DNA from: Lepidodermella squamata | Lineage: Eukaryota > Animalia > Gastrotricha | NCBI GenBank assembly: GCA_047495785.1 | Contig: JBLDXI010000024.1 | Location: forward strand, 1-64,000 | Length of the DNA stretch: 64,000 nucleotides | Reading direction: 5' to 3' | Made by a program: the position numbers and the translations under genes | The notes under the pieces: model-generated | The model's database searches: none | Told to the model about the DNA's origin: nothing | What the model saw: only the letters and a program-made list of their open reading frames with translations | Shown here: piece by piece, positions 62,420-64,000 of the stretch | Position numbering within the stretch: the stretch's first letter is position 1 | How the letters are laid out: every line of letters starts with the position of its first letter

Positions 62420-64000
62420 TCAGATACTTTCTATCTTGCCTAACATGCGATTGTAGTCAGGATAATACAAGAACAAGTACAAGGGTGTTGTCACAAAGAA
62501 AGCCAGTAGGAACAGCGATACCAACTGCAAATAAAACAAAAATTTAGCATAAAAGAACCAGTGTATTATAGTTCATACCCTATCGAAAGCAGTTATGAAA
62601 GTAGTCCAAATTCCAAGGCACTCTCGCTTCAAGCCAGTCGATACGAGTCCGGCGCTGATTGACTGCAAGTCTCTTAAAATAACATCCTGCGTCGCCCGTT
62701 GCTTTTCCAACGCTGCAACAATTTTACTGCTGTGGCATCTTGGCCCAAGGTCGGCTGTTCGAGGCCTGCTGGGATGCTTCGGCTGCACTCGATTGGCAGC
62801 ATGGTTTCTAACCGCATAATCGCTACTACTTCGCGGTAGCACGTAATACTGGTTTGACTGAAGGTATCGATGATAGTCAGCGTCGTCAACGACAGCAACT
62901 GGCTGCGGTTCAACATTGAGAGGCCGGCCGAACTCGAAGAATCGAACCGACTCAGCCTGGTGCCGTCGCGACAACGTGTTAGCATCGCTATCAAGAACCG
63001 GCGGTTTCTGGCATGAAACCGGGTCGTAGAGGCAGTAGCTCTCAGCTGAGCTCTCTGTTTCGTTCGAAACGAAACCATTCGGCGTGGATTCTTCAATCGT
63101 AGCGTATTCACTGGCGAACATGACGCGCTGACGGTTACTGGAGGCATAAACCGGGCTACTAACGCCTGGCTGTTGCGGCGCCTCGGCGAACCGCGTCGTA
63201 TAAATTGCCGCAGTCTCGTTATCCCCAGGCACTAACGGCGGCATTTCACTAGCTATTACTCTTAGCCTTGGCGAGCATGATCGGTGATCGCGATGACGAT
63301 TTGAAGCAGGTGGCGGCGCTACGTCATTCGGCCGGCGACGGAGAGTATTGGAAACTGACCCAGATCCCGCCGGGAAAGTCGCACTGGTTTTCATTACCTG
63401 CGCCGTCGCCGCCGCAACCGGGATGGTTTGTTGAACCAGTTGCGACACAGCTTCGCCCGTCTTACTGTCTATTTGCACCAGCAAATCCGACGCCAAGTCG
63501 CCCCATATGTCTATGATAGTCGCCAAAGCCTTTAAATCGCGTTTCGCAAAGCCGGGAAAAATCAGAGCGCATGATCCAATTTTGCGCGCCTTTTCGCGCC
63601 GGTTCTTCAATTTAGCATTCGCTAGTTTTTTCAACTCGCGCTCTTTTCGCTTATTGAACTCATTTTTCGCGTTCAGTTTGAGGACAACTCTCAGGTAGTT
63701 CCTGCGCCAGTGTTCGCCATTTGCGCCAAGCATCAAATAAGGACCGCACTTTTCAACGAGAATGTACCACCAGAATGGCGAGGGCACTGTTTGGCCGACG
63801 CGGGTTATCCAGCTCATGATGAAGAAGCATTCGATGAGCGATAGACCGATTAGACACATCAGCGAGTCGACATACAGAGCTAACAAAGGGCTAGGAAATC
63901 GAAACTTGAATGCATCCATGTTATAGCCATTGAAATTTTCTTACATGAATTCGCTGCTTTTTGGCACTTGCTCGACGACCGAGATATGAAAAACCGAAAA
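62420..64000 (-). CDS. Divergent Cys-loop channel subunit R5 (5' part lies beyond the window)
   Basis: FSVFHISVVEQVPKSS, PLLALYVDSLMCLIGLSLIEC, ECLGIWTTFITAFDR|LVSLFLL...KIESI* (stop at 62420). Confidence 0.88.

Noticed and set aside
178-63698. Numerous antisense and alternate-frame ORFs overlapping the called genes
   Set aside because: They are shadows of codon bias in real CDSs and have no independent motifs.
1-64000. Prokaryotic-type systems (CRISPR arrays, defence operons, IS elements) and rRNA/tRNA genes
   Set aside because: The sequence is intron-rich animal DNA. I saw no repeat-spacer array and no recognisable structural RNA.

Overview
Eukaryotic (animal) DNA from a very compact invertebrate genome with mostly ~45-75 nt GT-AG introns and often only ~100-175 bp between genes. 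All gene models were spliced by hand and not checked against any database. Positions 1-26187 hold 12 consecutive + strand genes: two tandem APEH paralogs, a myosin essential light chain, ASCC3, an intron-containing Tc1/mariner DD41D-type transposase that has lost two catalytic Asp, five tandem lineage-specific homeobox/AT-hook genes (8 homeodomains, none with Asn51), an SLC18B1-like transporter and a MINDY4-like protein lacking its catalytic Cys and His. Next come a 106-bp Tc1/mariner MITE, TTLL4 (-), the Cys-loop receptor chaperone RIC-3 (+), two TMEM106 paralogs (-), a probable decayed ZP-domain gene, a divergent alpha-tubulin (-), and a tandem array of at least five divergent nAChR/5-HT3-like Cys-loop channel genes (-) running off the right end. 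The best candidates for new biology are the multi-homeobox array beside a domesticated transposase, the atypical Cys-loop receptor array near RIC-3, and the operon-like spacing of the + strand run.
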